Assembly (NCBI GenBank): GCA_963806035.1
Contig: CAWDWO010000026.1
Coordinates: forward strand, 64,001 to 128,000
Reading direction: 5' to 3'
DNA from: Candidatus Krumholzibacteriota bacterium
GTDB lineage: Bacteria; Krumholzibacteriota; Krumholzibacteriia; JAJRXK01
DNA length: 64,000 bases
Shown here: positions 31,034 through 41,111 of the stretch, in pieces
How positions within the stretch are numbered: position 1 is the stretch's first letter
How the letters are laid out: every line of letters starts with the position of its first letter
Notes under the pieces: generated by a model
Seen by the model: only the letters and a program-made list of their open reading frames with translations
Database searches by the model: none
What the model was told of the DNA's origin: nothing
Position numbers and translations under genes: made by a program

Positions 31034-32424
31034 GTGAGAAGATCATCGCAATCGATACCAAGACCAAGGCTCAACTGGCCAACGGGGAAATGACGCCGCG
31101 CCAGATCGTGACCGAATTGGACCGCTACGTGGTGGGACAGGACGACGCCAAGCGCGCGGTGGCGATCGCACTGCGCAACCGCTGGCGTCGCATGCGCGTT
31201 CCCGAGCCGATGCGCGAAGAGATCATTCCCAACAACATCCTGATGATCGGTCCCACCGGTGTGGGGAAGACCGAGATTGCGCGCCGTTTGGCCAGAGTGG
31301 CCGGTGCGCCCTTCGTGAAAGTGGAGGCGACCAAGTTCACCGAGCGCGGCTACGTGGGACGTGACGTCGAAAGCATGGTCCGCGATCTGGTGGAGGTCGG
31401 GGTGGGGATCGTGCGTCAGGAAATGACCGAGGAGGTGGAGGAGAGCACCGCCGCCTCGGTGGAAGAGAGGTTGCTGGATTTGCTCTTGCCGCCGCTGCGG
31501 GATGCCTCGCCGGAGACCAACGAGCGCTGGCGTGCGAGCCGGGAGAAGTTGCGCCGGCAACTTCAGGCTCACGAACTCGAGGAGCGCGAAGTTACCGTCG
31601 AGGTCTCCACGCGTCCCGGGGCACAGTTCGGGATTCTCTCCACCGGGGGCGACGAACTGCTCGAGTCGGGCCTGGGCGACGCTCTCAAGAGCCTCTTTCC
31701 CAAGCAACGCAAATCGCGGCAGGTGAGCCTGGCCGAGGCGCGGCGGCTCTTGCGCGAGGAAGAGCTGGATCGCCGCATCGACATGGAGAAAGTGACGACG
31801 GAGGCCCTGATCAGAACCGAATCTTCGGGCATCATCTTCCTGGACGAGATCGACAAGATCGCCAGCCGCAGCGAGACCGGCGGGGTGGACGTCAGCCGCG
31901 AGGGCGTGCAGCGCGATCTCTTGCCCGTGGTGGAGGGAGCGACCGTGCAGACCAAGTACGGCGCCGTCTCCACCGACCACATTCTCTTCATCGCCGCCGG
32001 CGCGTTCCACATGAGCAAGCCCAGCGACCTCATCCCGGAACTCCAGGGGAGATTCCCCATCCGCGTGGAGATGAACAGCCTCTCGCAGGAGGACTTCGTG
32101 CGGATCCTGCAGGAACCGGAGAACTCCTTGCCCCGTCAGTACCAGGCCTTGCTTCAGACCGAAGGCTGCGAGCTCGTGTTCCAGCGCGAGGCCTTCGAGG
32201 AAATCGGTCGCATCGCCTGGGAGGTCAACCGCAGCCAGGAGAACATCGGGGCGCGGCGCTTGCACACCATCATGACTTCGCTGCTGGACGAAATGCTGTT
32301 TGAACTTCCACCCACCAGCGCGCAGAATCCACCACCGACCCGGATCGTGATCGACAAGAAGTTCGTGGACGAGAAGCTCATGCGGATCGTCAAGGACGAG
32401 GATCTGAGTCGTTTCATCCTCTAG
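31030..32424 (+). CDS. hslU: ATP-dependent protease ATPase subunit HslU
   Basis: [67 protein letters not shown]. Confidence 0.97.
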   Translation: MSEKIIAIDTKTKAQLANGEMTPRQIVTELDRYVVGQDDAKRAVAIALRNRWRRMRVPEPMREEIIPNNILMIGPTGVGKTEIARRLARVAGAPFVKVEATKFTERGYVGRDVESMVRDLVEVGVGIVRQEMTEEVEESTAASVEERLLDLLLPPLRDASPETNERWRASREKLRRQLQAHELEEREVTVEVSTRPGAQFGILSTGGDELLESGLGDALKSLFPKQRKSRQVSLAEARRLLREEELDRRIDMEKVTTEALIRTESSGIIFLDEIDKIASRSETGGVDVSREGVQRDLLPVVEGATVQTKYGAVSTDHILFIAAGAFHMSKPSDLIPELQGRFPIRVEMNSLSQEDFVRILQEPENSLPRQYQALLQTEGCELVFQREAFEEIGRIAWEVNRSQENIGARRLHTIMTSLLDEMLFELPPTSAQNPPPTRIVIDKKFVDEKLMRIVKDEDLSRFIL

Positions 32425-32465
32425 AGATCGAGCCCTGAGGAAACCGCGAAGGGGAGAGTGAGGGC

Positions 32466-33389
32466 ATGAAGAAGCTGTCCAGTAAAGATCTGGTGACCAT
32501 TCTCGACCTCAGCCGTGAGGACTTGAACACGCTCTTTGAGACCACGCGCGAACAGAAGCCCAAGGCCAGAGAGCACGCTCTGCCCGCGAGCCATCCCAGC
32601 CGGACTCTCGCCTGCATCTTTCACAAGCCGAGCCTGCGAACCCGCATCTCCTTCGAGGTGGCCATTCGCCAACTCGGCGGCAATTCGCTCTACATCACCG
32701 AGAAGGAAATCGGTCTGGGGAGCCGCGAGTCCGTGGAGGACGTGGCGCGGGTCCTGAGCCGTCTGGTCGACGGCATCATGATCCGCACTTTCGATCACTC
32801 GCTGGTGGAGAACTTGGCGGCGAGCGCCACCGTGCCGGTGGTGAACGGTCTCACCGACCTGGCCCACCCCTGTCAGATTCTGGCGGACGTGTTCACCGTC
32901 ATCGAGGAACTGGGCGCAATCGACAACAAGAGAATCGTCTACGTGGGGGACGGCAACAACATCGCTCATTCGTGGATCAACGCGGCCGCGCTGCTCGACT
33001 TCTCGCTGGTCATCTGCACTCCCAACGACTATCAGCCCAATGCCGCGGTGGTCGAGAGGGCCAGGTCCAAGGGCAAGCTGGATCTCACCATCACCAGCGA
33101 TCCGCACGAGGCGGTGCGCGGAGCGGACGTGCTCTACACCGACGTCTGGGCCAGCATGGGTCAGGAGGCGGAGGCGGAGGCGCGGGCGAAGATCTTCGCC
33201 GACTACCAGGTCAACGAAGAACTCTTGTCGCGGGCCAAGAAGGAGGCCATTGTCTTGCACTGTCTCCCGGCGCACCGCGGCATGGAAATCACTGACGGAG
33301 TGATGGACGGGCCGGCGAGTCGAGTCTTTGAGGAAGCGGAGAACCGTTTGCATGTCCAGAGAGCGCTACTCTACCACCTCATGCGGTGA
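32466..33389 (+). CDS. argF: Ornithine carbamoyltransferase
   Basis: KPSLRT, HPCQILAD, GDGNN, DVWASMGQE, HCLPAHRG, AENRLH. Confidence 0.93.
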   Translation: MKKLSSKDLVTILDLSREDLNTLFETTREQKPKAREHALPASHPSRTLACIFHKPSLRTRISFEVAIRQLGGNSLYITEKEIGLGSRESVEDVARVLSRLVDGIMIRTFDHSLVENLAASATVPVVNGLTDLAHPCQILADVFTVIEELGAIDNKRIVYVGDGNNIAHSWINAAALLDFSLVICTPNDYQPNAAVVERARSKGKLDLTITSDPHEAVRGADVLYTDVWASMGQEAEAEARAKIFADYQVNEELLSRAKKEAIVLHCLPAHRGMEITDGVMDGPASRVFEEAENRLHVQRALLYHLMR

Positions 33390-34497
33390 ACTCCCGCGCC
33401 TGGGCTGGGGTGCGGGGCTGTGCGCGCTCCTTGCACTTTTCGTGGCGGCTTGCGCGCAGACGGGACCGCCGCCCGGTGGTCCGGTGGACGAGACTCCGCC
33501 GCGGTTCCTCTCGGCGCAGCCGGGAAGCCTGGCTCTGCGGGTCGATCCCCTGACCCCCCTGGTTCTGGATTTCAGTGAGAAAGTCGATCGGCGTGGATTC
33601 CGCGGCTCGATTCACTTCGCGCCCGAGATTCGCGTGCGCGAGATCGGCTTCGACGCGACCACGGTGACGGTGCGTCCGGAAACGGGTTGGCCCAAGGACA
33701 CCCTGGTCGTGTGGACCCTGCTGCCCACTCTCAGCGACCGGCACAAGGTCAAGCTGGGATCCCCGGTGAGCGGGGCCTTCACCACCGGTGATACCATCCC
33801 CGAGGGCATGATCAAGGGGCAGGTGGCGGGCGAGGATCTGAAGCTCGATCAGGTGGTGGCTCAGCTCAGTGCGCTCGGGACCGCCACTTCCAAGAAGCCG
33901 GTGCTCTGGCGCATGGTCGCTCCCAACGAACTGGGATTTTTCCGTCTCGGTCTGCTCGCTTCTCCTTCAGGCCCCTACGATCTACAGATCTTCGAGGACA
34001 AGAACAAGAACGGAAAAAGGGACAAGCGCGAACCCACGGCCGAGCAGGACTCCCTCTATCTGTCCGCGGGCAGCCCGGTCCTGGATCTGGGCACGCTGAC
34101 CCTGGTGGATCTCGAAGCGCCGGTGGACCTTCTCATTCGCATGCAATTGAGCGAGGCGGACAGCTTCCCGGTGCGTGTCGCGCTGCGTCCCATCGGGGTG
34201 GAAGATGCCCGTGTCCAGACCACCACTCTGGATACCCTGGGCAGCTCCAAATCCCAGCTCACTCCGGGCGAGTATCGCATTTCCGCCTGGTTGGATCTGG
34301 ACAACGACAATCACTTCGGTCCCGCTGAGGAAGGACTGAGTGAACCCTTTGTCGCCGAGACGAAGCTCGAAATTCAGCCGGCGCATCCGGACAGCCTGAT
34401 CTTGCCCCGGCCCAGCGAGAGAGCGTCCTGGGCGGAGCTGGACACGATGCGCACGCCTCCTTTGCCGCGTTCACTCTTCTTGGAGTCCGCCCCGTGA
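33352..34497 (+). CDS. Ig-like domain lipoprotein; true start uncertain (possibly GTG 33386 plus a frameshift)
   Basis: Lipobox FVAAC followed by AQTGPPPGGPVDETPP; LDFSEKVD Ig-like strand; DKNKNG and DLDNDN loops. Confidence 0.72.
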   Translation: MSRERYSTTSCGELPRLGWGAGLCALLALFVAACAQTGPPPGGPVDETPPRFLSAQPGSLALRVDPLTPLVLDFSEKVDRRGFRGSIHFAPEIRVREIGFDATTVTVRPETGWPKDTLVVWTLLPTLSDRHKVKLGSPVSGAFTTGDTIPEGMIKGQVAGEDLKLDQVVAQLSALGTATSKKPVLWRMVAPNELGFFRLGLLASPSGPYDLQIFEDKNKNGKRDKREPTAEQDSLYLSAGSPVLDLGTLTLVDLEAPVDLLIRMQLSEADSFPVRVALRPIGVEDARVQTTTLDTLGSSKSQLTPGEYRISAWLDLDNDNHFGPAEEGLSEPFVAETKLEIQPAHPDSLILPRPSERASWAELDTMRTPPLPRSLFLESAP

Positions 34498-34508
34498 GAG
34501 GAGTGCCC

Positions 34509-35342
34509 ATGGAACTGCAATTCGCGAAGATGCACGGAGCGGCCAACGACTTCGTCATCCTGCAGGAGGCGCCCCCGGCGCCGCCACGCGATGCGGCTCT
34601 GGTGCGCGCGATGTGCCACCGGCGAGTGGGCATCGGTGCGGACGGCGCTCTGTTCATGGAGCGCCTGCAGGGAGGGGAGGAAGGGCAGCCGGTCTTTCGC
34701 ATGTACTTTTACAACATGGACGGAAGCTACTGCGAAATGTGCTTCAACGGGGCGCGTTGCTGCGCGCTGCGGGCCTGGCGTCTTGGCTGGTGCGGAGAAG
34801 CGTTTTCCTTTCTCAGCGAGTACGGCCGCATCGAAGCGGAAATTCTGCAAGCGGGCGAGCGCGTGCGGCTTTTGTTCCCGGCGCCGCGCTGCGAAAGCGG
34901 CCGCCTGGAACTTCCGGCGGATGCGGTGGCGCGTTTCGGGCAACGCGTGAGCACTGGCGACCCGCATCTGGTGGTCGAAGTGGAGGCCGAGGTTCTCCAG
35001 TCGCCGCAATTCGAGAACCTGGCGCGGCCGCTGCGCTGGTGGACGGAGGCCTTTCCCGAGGGCACCAACGTGCATTTCGTGCATCGAGCTGAAGACGCCT
35101 GGCGAATCCGCTCTTTCGAACGTGGGGTGGAAGGCGAGACCTGGGCTTGCGGCAGCGGCTGCATCGCCAGCGTCGCCGCCCTGGCCGGCATCGCTCCACG
35201 CGAGGATGCCGTGCGCCTCATCACCCGCGGCGGGGACGAGATCAGAGTGCAGCCCCTGGAGGACGCGTGGACGCTGGAGGGTCCCGCGGTCGAAGTCTTC
35301 GACGCGCGCTTCGAGTGGGACGGAGTCTTCGATCCCCTCTAA
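34509..35342 (+). CDS. dapF: Diaminopimelate epimerase
   Basis: FAKMHGAANDF, GIGADG, NMDGS..EMCFNGARC, FPEGTNVHF, ERGVEGETWACGSG, LEGPA. Confidence 0.9.
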   Translation: MELQFAKMHGAANDFVILQEAPPAPPRDAALVRAMCHRRVGIGADGALFMERLQGGEEGQPVFRMYFYNMDGSYCEMCFNGARCCALRAWRLGWCGEAFSFLSEYGRIEAEILQAGERVRLLFPAPRCESGRLELPADAVARFGQRVSTGDPHLVVEVEAEVLQSPQFENLARPLRWWTEAFPEGTNVHFVHRAEDAWRIRSFERGVEGETWACGSGCIASVAALAGIAPREDAVRLITRGGDEIRVQPLEDAWTLEGPAVEVFDARFEWDGVFDPL

Positions 35343-35362
35343 AGGGCGAGAGGCCCCAACGC

Positions 35363-35386
35363 GAAACGCCAGCACGAAGCTGGCGT
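35363..35386 (-). terminator. Hairpin terminator between convergent dapF and rpsT
   Basis: Minus strand ACGCCAGC-TTCGT-GCTGGCGT followed by TTC. Confidence 0.55.
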
Positions 35387-35418
35387 CCTGCGATCACTGA
35401 GAAATGGCCGAGGGGGGT

Positions 35419-35682
35419 TCAGGATTCGGCGCGCGGGGAGAGGCGGCTCTTGAGACGCGCGGCCTTGTTCTTGTGGATGAAGCCCTTGTTCGCCATCTTG
35501 TCCAGCAGGCCGCTGACCTTCTGGTACTCGAGCATCAGCTCTTCCTTGGCGGCACCTTCCACGCGGGAGTGCTGACGGAGATCGCGGATCGCGTGGCGGA
35601 GACGACTGCCGCGCGCCATGTTGCGCTGGCGGCGAATCTCGTTGGTCTTGACACGCTTCTTCGTGGACTTGTTGTGCGGCAC
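35419..35682 (-). CDS. rpsT: 30S ribosomal protein S20
   Basis: (M)PHNKSTKKRVKTNEIRRQRN...LDKMANKGFIHKNKAARLKSRL; GTG start with AAGGA SD. Confidence 0.96.
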   Translation of the reverse strand: MPHNKSTKKRVKTNEIRRQRNMARGSRLRHAIRDLRQHSRVEGAAKEELMLEYQKVSGLLDKMANKGFIHKNKAARLKSRLSPRAES

Positions 35683-35769
35683 CGCGGACCATCCTTGACT
35701 TTGAACTCGCGCTGAGAGACGAATTCGAACGATGTATAGGGGGACTCTCCCTCTAGAGAGTGGGGCGAA

Positions 35770-35798
35770 ACGATAGCCAAAGGGCTCGAGCGTGTCAA
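35770..35798 (-). promoter_or_regulatory. Putative sigma-70 promoter of rpsT
   Basis: TTGACA-17 nt-TATCGT on minus strand. Confidence 0.7.
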
Positions 35799-35844
35799 GC
35801 CGACCGGTTCGTCCCGGTCGGTGCCCTAGCCCGGGCGGCCTGCC

Positions 35845-37671
35845 ATGGATCCTGAACACCCGCTATTCAAGAAGCTCGAGGGCCTGCCGGACTCTCCCGG
35901 CGTATACCTCATGAAGGACGAGCAGGGGCGCGTCCTCTACGTGGGCAAGGCCGCGCGGCTGGCAGTGCGCGTGCGTTCGTATTTCGCGCCGGAGAGCGCC
36001 CTGGATCAAAAGACGGCCACCCTGGTGCGCAAGATCGCGGACTTCGACTACGTGCTCACCGCGAACGAGCGCGAAGCGCTGCTGCTCGAGGATCAGCTGA
36101 TCAAGGAGTTCAAGCCGCGCTACAACATCCGGCTCAAGGATGACAAGCGTTACCCCTGGCTTCGGCTGAGCGTGACGGAGCCCTTTCCGCGGCTCAGCGT
36201 GGTTCGTAGACCCAAGGAGGACGGCCAGGAGTATTACGGTCCCTACACCAACGCGAAAGCCATGCGCCAGACCCTCAAGACCATCGGGCAGGTCTTCAGG
36301 ATCCGCACCTGTCAGCTTCGCTTGCCCGAGGAGACCGTCCCCCGGCCCTGCCTCGACTACCACATCAAGCGCTGCGATGCGCCCTGCGTGAACTACATCG
36401 ACCGAGAATCCTACGGACTCTTGGTGGAGCAGGTTCGTCTGTTTCTGTCGGGGCAGAGTCGCGGACTGCTCGATACCCTGCAGGGCAAGATGGACGCAGC
36501 GAGCGAGGCTTTGCGCTTCGAGGAGGCAGCTCGTCTGCGCGATCAGATCGAAGCGGTGCGTCGGCTGGACTCCAAGCAGGAAGTGGTCTGGGACAAGGGT
36601 CGAGACGTCGATGCCTTCGGCTTGGATCGGGAAGGCAGGCAAGCCTGTGGCGTGGTGCTACGTATTCGCGACGGGAAGCTCCTGCATTCGGAAGCCTACT
36701 TTTTCTCCTCACCGCGCGTGAGCGAAGTGGATGAGTTCTTTCAACGCTTCACCTCCTCGGTGTTCAGTTCACAGCGTCATGGCGGACGCGAAGTGATGTT
36801 GATGCGAGAGATTCCGCAGATGGAACACTGGGAGGAGGTTCTGAGCGAGCGTCTGGGACGCAGGGTGCACATCCGGGTGGCTCACCGCGGCAAAGCCAGA
36901 CGCCTGGTGGACATGGCTTGCGCGAACGCGCGCTGGAAGCTGCGCGAGCGCCTGGGATCCACCGCGCCGGTGCGCAAGGAAGTCCCCTCGGTGCTCGATC
37001 TGAAGGAACGATTGGGTTTGGCGGTGGCCCCCTGGAGCATCGAGTGCTTCGACATGAGTCACATCCAGGGAAGTCAGCGCGTCGGCTCTCTGGTCTATTT
37101 TCAGGCCGGAGAACCCCTCAAGAGCCGATACCGCCGCTTCCGCATCCAGCAGTCGCAAGGCATCGACGATTTTGGAATGATGCAAGAGGTCCTCGAACGC
37201 TACTACAGCCGCCTTCGCGACGAGGACAAGCTCCCCGCCGATCTCGTGGTGGTCGACGGGGGCGCGGGACAGCTTTCGGTCGCCGTCTCCACACTCAGCC
37301 GCTATGGCTTCGTGGAGACCGCGGTGGTGGGATTGGCGAAAAAGCAGGAGGAAATCTATCTGCCGAACCGCAAGGAGCCGTTGCGCCTGCCCAAGAGTTC
37401 CTCCGCGCTCAAACTATTGCAGCGCGCGCGCGACGAGGCGCATCGCTTCGCGGTGACTTACCACCGCAAGCTGCGCGGGAAAGAACTCAAGAAGAGCCTC
37501 TTGGACGAGATTCCGGGGATCGGCGCCAAGAAGAAACGCTCCCTTCTCTTGCGTTTCGGTTCGGTCGAAGCGGTGGGGAAGGCGGCGGCAGCCGATCTGG
37601 TGGAGGTGGAGGGGATCGGCCAGGGCGACGCCGAACGCATCCTTGCCTTCTTCGGTTTGAGGAAGAATTGA
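35845..37671 (+). CDS. uvrC: Excinuclease ABC subunit C
   Basis: PGVYLM..YVGKA GIY-YIG, PRYNIRLKDDKRYP, CLDYHIKRC.APC, IECFDMSH, VDGGAGQ, RDEAHRFA, HhH. Confidence 0.97.
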   Translation: MDPEHPLFKKLEGLPDSPGVYLMKDEQGRVLYVGKAARLAVRVRSYFAPESALDQKTATLVRKIADFDYVLTANEREALLLEDQLIKEFKPRYNIRLKDDKRYPWLRLSVTEPFPRLSVVRRPKEDGQEYYGPYTNAKAMRQTLKTIGQVFRIRTCQLRLPEETVPRPCLDYHIKRCDAPCVNYIDRESYGLLVEQVRLFLSGQSRGLLDTLQGKMDAASEALRFEEAARLRDQIEAVRRLDSKQEVVWDKGRDVDAFGLDREGRQACGVVLRIRDGKLLHSEAYFFSSPRVSEVDEFFQRFTSSVFSSQRHGGREVMLMREIPQMEHWEEVLSERLGRRVHIRVAHRGKARRLVDMACANARWKLRERLGSTAPVRKEVPSVLDLKERLGLAVAPWSIECFDMSHIQGSQRVGSLVYFQAGEPLKSRYRRFRIQQSQGIDDFGMMQEVLERYYSRLRDEDKLPADLVVVDGGAGQLSVAVSTLSRYGFVETAVVGLAKKQEEIYLPNRKEPLRLPKSSSALKLLQRARDEAHRFAVTYHRKLRGKELKKSLLDEIPGIGAKKKRSLLLRFGSVEAVGKAAAADLVEVEGIGQGDAERILAFFGLRKN

Positions 37672-37673
37672 CG

Positions 37674-38627
37674 ATGGTGAAACTCCTGCAGAGTTCCGGC
37701 GATAGGCCCTCGAGTTTCCTCCTGGCGGGCGATGCCTTCCTCCTGGCGCTCGACGTGGAGCAGGGCGCGTCCAGCAATACTCTGGAAAGTTACGGACGCG
37801 ATCTCCGGGAGTATCTGCTGTTCCTGGAACGCGAGGGATTCGCCGAACCGAACGAGGTCGGGCGCGAGACGGTTCTATCCTATCTGAGTCTGCGCGAGCG
37901 AAACGGTCTGGGCGCGCGCAGCCGGACTCGCCTGCTCTCCACGCTTCGAGGATACCATCGCTACTTGAACGAATCCGGACTCTCCGCGAGCGACCCCACG
38001 GAAAACCTGAGCGGTCCCAAACTTCCCCGCAAACTTCCGCGCACCCTACGCGTGGAGGAGGTGCTGCGCCTGCTCGAGGTGCCCGACCCGTCCACGCCTT
38101 TGGGGCTACGAGACCGCGCGATCCTGGAGACGCTCTACGCCTGTGGACTTCGAGCGAGCGAGCTGTGCGAGTTGCCGCGGCGCGCCCTCGATCTCGAGCA
38201 AGCACTGGTCCGGGTGGTGGGGAAGGGGAGGAAGGAGCGCCAGGTTCCCCTGGGCGCTCCGGCCCGTAGCGCGCTCGAGAAGTATCTGCGCGAGGGCCGT
38301 CCACGACTGGCCAAGAAGGAACTCGGTGAGAGGGTCTTTCTGAACGCGCGCGGAGGTGCTCTCAGCCGCGTCGGATTGTGGAAGATCCTCAAGAAGCACG
38401 CGCGCCACGCCGGGCTCGGCGAGCGGCTCACCCCCCACGTCCTGCGCCACTCCTTCGCGACGCACCTCCTCATCGGCGGTGCGGACCTGCGGGTGGTCCA
38501 GGAGCTTTTGGGGCACAGCAGCGTCGCAACCACCCAGATCTACACCCATCTCGATCGTGATTACGTGCGGGAACAGCATCTCTTACACCATCCCCGGGCG
38601 CGCCGGACCAGGCCGGAGGAGGCTTGA
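37674..38627 (+). CDS. xerD: Tyrosine recombinase XerD
   Basis: NTLESYGRDL, LRDRAILETLYACGLRASEL, GKGRKER, PHVLRHSFATHLL, GADLRVVQELLGH, TTQIYTH, HHPRA. Confidence 0.88.
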   Translation: MVKLLQSSGDRPSSFLLAGDAFLLALDVEQGASSNTLESYGRDLREYLLFLEREGFAEPNEVGRETVLSYLSLRERNGLGARSRTRLLSTLRGYHRYLNESGLSASDPTENLSGPKLPRKLPRTLRVEEVLRLLEVPDPSTPLGLRDRAILETLYACGLRASELCELPRRALDLEQALVRVVGKGRKERQVPLGAPARSALEKYLREGRPRLAKKELGERVFLNARGGALSRVGLWKILKKHARHAGLGERLTPHVLRHSFATHLLIGGADLRVVQELLGHSSVATTQIYTHLDRDYVREQHLLHHPRARRTRPEEA

Positions 38628-38653
38628 CGTGTCCGCGCGCCCTCTGCTAGCTT
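38624..38653 (+). promoter_or_regulatory. Putative sigma-70 promoter of scpAB
   Basis: TTGACG-18 nt-TAGCTT with TGn extension; -35 overlaps xerD stop. Confidence 0.6.
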
Positions 38654-38744
38654 GCGCAAGCCCCACCATCTGTTGCCCTATGGAGCTACGGTCCACACGG
38701 TGCAGACCGAGGCGCAAGGGCGCACACGCGACTTGGAGCCGTCG

Positions 38745-39641
38745 ATGATCCTTCCTCGCTCAGGCGAGTCAGCCGCTGCATTGAATGGCGATGAGCCACA
38801 GAACCACTGGGAGGGACAGCGGGATTCGTCCGGCCCCTCGGGTAGCGGCTATAACATCCAGCTCGATCGTTTCGAAGGTCCGCTCGATCTCTTGCTGTAC
38901 CTGATCCAGCGCGACGAGATCGACATCTACGACATTCCGATCGCTCACATCACCGAGCAGTATCTGGCATCCATCGAGGATCTTGACTCGCTCGATCTGG
39001 AAAATGCCGGAGAGTTTCTGGTGATGGCCGCCACCCTCATGCGCATCAAGGCCCGTCTGCTGCTTCCCGTGCAGCGAACCGAAGAGGAAGAGGAGGGAGC
39101 CGACCCGCGCGACGAGCTGGTGCGCCGGCTCCTGGAATACAAGAAGTACAAGGAGGCAGCCCAGAACTTCGCCGAGGCGGAGGAACAGAGGCGTCAGTAC
39201 TTCTCGCGGCCCATCGAGTATCCCTTCCGCGACCAAATTCCTCAGGAACCGCCGGAGTTCAGTCTCTCGCTCTTCGACCTTTTGGGCTCGGTGAAGGAGA
39301 TTCTGGATACTCTGAAGGGGGATCAGCTCCACCACGTCTACAACATGGTGTACACCGTGGAGGAGCAGGCGGAGAAGCTCCAGGCCATGCTCGAAGGGAG
39401 CCAGGGCATTCGCTTCAAGGAGGTCTTTGGTCACGCCTCCTGCAAGATGGAGGTCGTGGTGACCTTCGTGGCCATGCTCGAGCTGATTCGGCAGGGGCAG
39501 CTGTGGGCGCGCCAGGTCGAAGCCTACGGCGAGATCTGGATCTATCCGCAGGATATGGACAAGAAATCCGTGAGCGGCAAGAAGAAGCGGGGCGGAGAGA
39601 AAGCCGCGAAGGAAGTGCAGAAGGTGGGACATGCGACGTGA
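38745..39641 (+). CDS. scpA: Segregation and condensation protein A (kleisin)
   Basis: FEGPLDLLLYLI, IDIYDIPI, FLVMAATL..IKARLLLP, DPRDELVRRLLEYKKYK, VVTFVAMLEL. Confidence 0.95.
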   Translation: MILPRSGESAAALNGDEPQNHWEGQRDSSGPSGSGYNIQLDRFEGPLDLLLYLIQRDEIDIYDIPIAHITEQYLASIEDLDSLDLENAGEFLVMAATLMRIKARLLLPVQRTEEEEEGADPRDELVRRLLEYKKYKEAAQNFAEAEEQRRQYFSRPIEYPFRDQIPQEPPEFSLSLFDLLGSVKEILDTLKGDQLHHVYNMVYTVEEQAEKLQAMLEGSQGIRFKEVFGHASCKMEVVVTFVAMLELIRQGQLWARQVEAYGEIWIYPQDMDKKSVSGKKKRGGEKAAKEVQKVGHAT

Positions 39642-40332
39642 GCTCGAAGCGCTGCTCTTCGCGACGGATCAACCCCTGAGTGTCACTCGGCTCGCAGGGT
39701 ACTTTCCCGGCGTGGAGCGCAGCGCTCTGAAGAAGATCATCGAGGAGTTGCAGGCCGAATACGACCGCGACGAACACGCCTTCACCATCGTGGAATTCGG
39801 CGGCGGCTACAGCATCGCCACCCGGCCCGAGTTCGCGCCCGTGGTCAAGAAGCTCTACCGGGGACGACGGAAGCTGCGGCTCTCCAAGGCGGCCCTGGAG
39901 GTGCTCTCGATCATCGCCTACAAGCAACCGGTGACCCGTTTGGAGATCGAGGAAATCCGCGGGATCCAGGCCTCGGGCGTGCTCGGCACCCTGATGGAGC
40001 GCGAGCTGGTGGAGATCGTGGGCAGAGCCGAGGGACTGGGCAGCCCGCTTCTCTACGGCACCACCGCCACCTTCCTGGAATATCTGGGGCTCCGCAGTCT
40101 GAAGGAGCTGCCGCGCCTGAGCGAGCTGGAGGATCTGCTCTCCGAGCGAGAGGAGATCAAACAGCTGGCCGGCCAAATGGGCGAGGAAATCACCGACGAA
40201 GAATTCGAGGCGGTGGTGAATCCGCCGCTGCCAGAGGAGGAGGAGAAGCCCGCGGCGGGCAACGGGGATGAGGCACCCGAGGCCGGTGAGGCGGACGCTT
40301 CCCTGAGCCGAAGTGAAGGCGCTGCGGATTAA
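39631..40332 (+). CDS. scpB: Segregation and condensation protein B
   Basis: LEALLFA, LSKAALEVLSIIAYKQPVTR.EIEEIRG, PLLYGTT..FLEYLGL. Confidence 0.96.
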   Translation: MRRELEALLFATDQPLSVTRLAGYFPGVERSALKKIIEELQAEYDRDEHAFTIVEFGGGYSIATRPEFAPVVKKLYRGRRKLRLSKAALEVLSIIAYKQPVTRLEIEEIRGIQASGVLGTLMERELVEIVGRAEGLGSPLLYGTTATFLEYLGLRSLKELPRLSELEDLLSEREEIKQLAGQMGEEITDEEFEAVVNPPLPEEEEKPAAGNGDEAPEAGEADASLSRSEGAAD

Positions 40333-41053
40333 CCGTTTTCTCTCCCAAGCGGGTCTGGGCTCGCGCCGCCGGGTCGAGGATCTGATTCGAGCCGGACGCG
40401 TCGCCGTGAACGGAGAGCGAGTACAGGATCTCGCGACCCGGGTGGACTCCGCGCGTGACGTGGTGGAAGTGGATGGCGAGCGCGTGGAGCCGCAGCGCGG
40501 AGGCGCCGTCTTCGCCTACCACAAACCGCGAGGCGTGATTTCCTCACTGGCGCGCCAGGGCTCAGCGCCCTGCCTCCTGGATGTCCTGCCCAAAGAACTC
40601 TTGAACGGACGTTTCTTCCACTTGGGGCGTCTCGATCGTGACTCCTGCGGACTTCTGCTGCTGAGCGATGACGGCGAGCTGGGCAACGCGCTCACGCATC
40701 CTTCCCATCCGGTGTGGAAGCGCTACCGCATCGCGCTGGACGCGGCTCTCGCGCCCGAAGACATGCGCCAATTCGCCGGCGGTGAATTGCTCATCGATGG
40801 CCGTCCCGCCCTGCCGGCCCGAATCGAAGCACTCTCGGATTCCCCTCGACACGAATACCGGGTAGAGCTGCGGGAGGGCCGCAAACGGCAGATCCGCAGG
40901 ATGTGCGCACAGCTGGGGCGAGAAGTTCTCGAACTCACCCGCGAGGCGATCGGCCCGGTCGAACTGGGAGATCTCGGCGCCGGGGAGTTGCGACGCCTTC
41001 TCGACAGCGAACTCGCGGAGCTTCGCGCAGCCGCGGGGCTTCCGCCACGTTGA
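40313..41053 (+). CDS. rluB: RsuA/RluB-family rRNA pseudouridine synthase
   Basis: S4 domain RINRFLSQAGLGSRR; GRLDRDSCGLLLL; EGRKRQIRRM; scpB-rluB synteny. Confidence 0.88.
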   Translation: MKALRINRFLSQAGLGSRRRVEDLIRAGRVAVNGERVQDLATRVDSARDVVEVDGERVEPQRGGAVFAYHKPRGVISSLARQGSAPCLLDVLPKELLNGRFFHLGRLDRDSCGLLLLSDDGELGNALTHPSHPVWKRYRIALDAALAPEDMRQFAGGELLIDGRPALPARIEALSDSPRHEYRVELREGRKRQIRRMCAQLGREVLELTREAIGPVELGDLGAGELRRLLDSELAELRAAAGLPPR

Positions 41054-41078
41054 CCGGGGGTGGGGCGCCGCCTAGTTT
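41050..41078 (+). promoter_or_regulatory. Putative sigma-70 promoter of hisC-aroA-cmk
   Basis: TTGACC-17 nt-TAGTTT; -35 overlaps rluB stop. Confidence 0.6.
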
Positions 41079-41111
41079 TGCAGAGGCGTCTAATTCCCCG
41101 AGGTGTGAACC

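Noticed and set aside
32466..33389. N-acetylornithine carbamoyltransferase suggested by SLRT motif
   Set aside because: DVWASMG and HCLPA ornithine-binding motifs fit a standard OTCase.
29526..38627. Two tyrosine recombinases as possible integrases of a mobile element
   Set aside because: XerC/XerD size, motifs and housekeeping synteny; no att repeats, cargo or composition shift.
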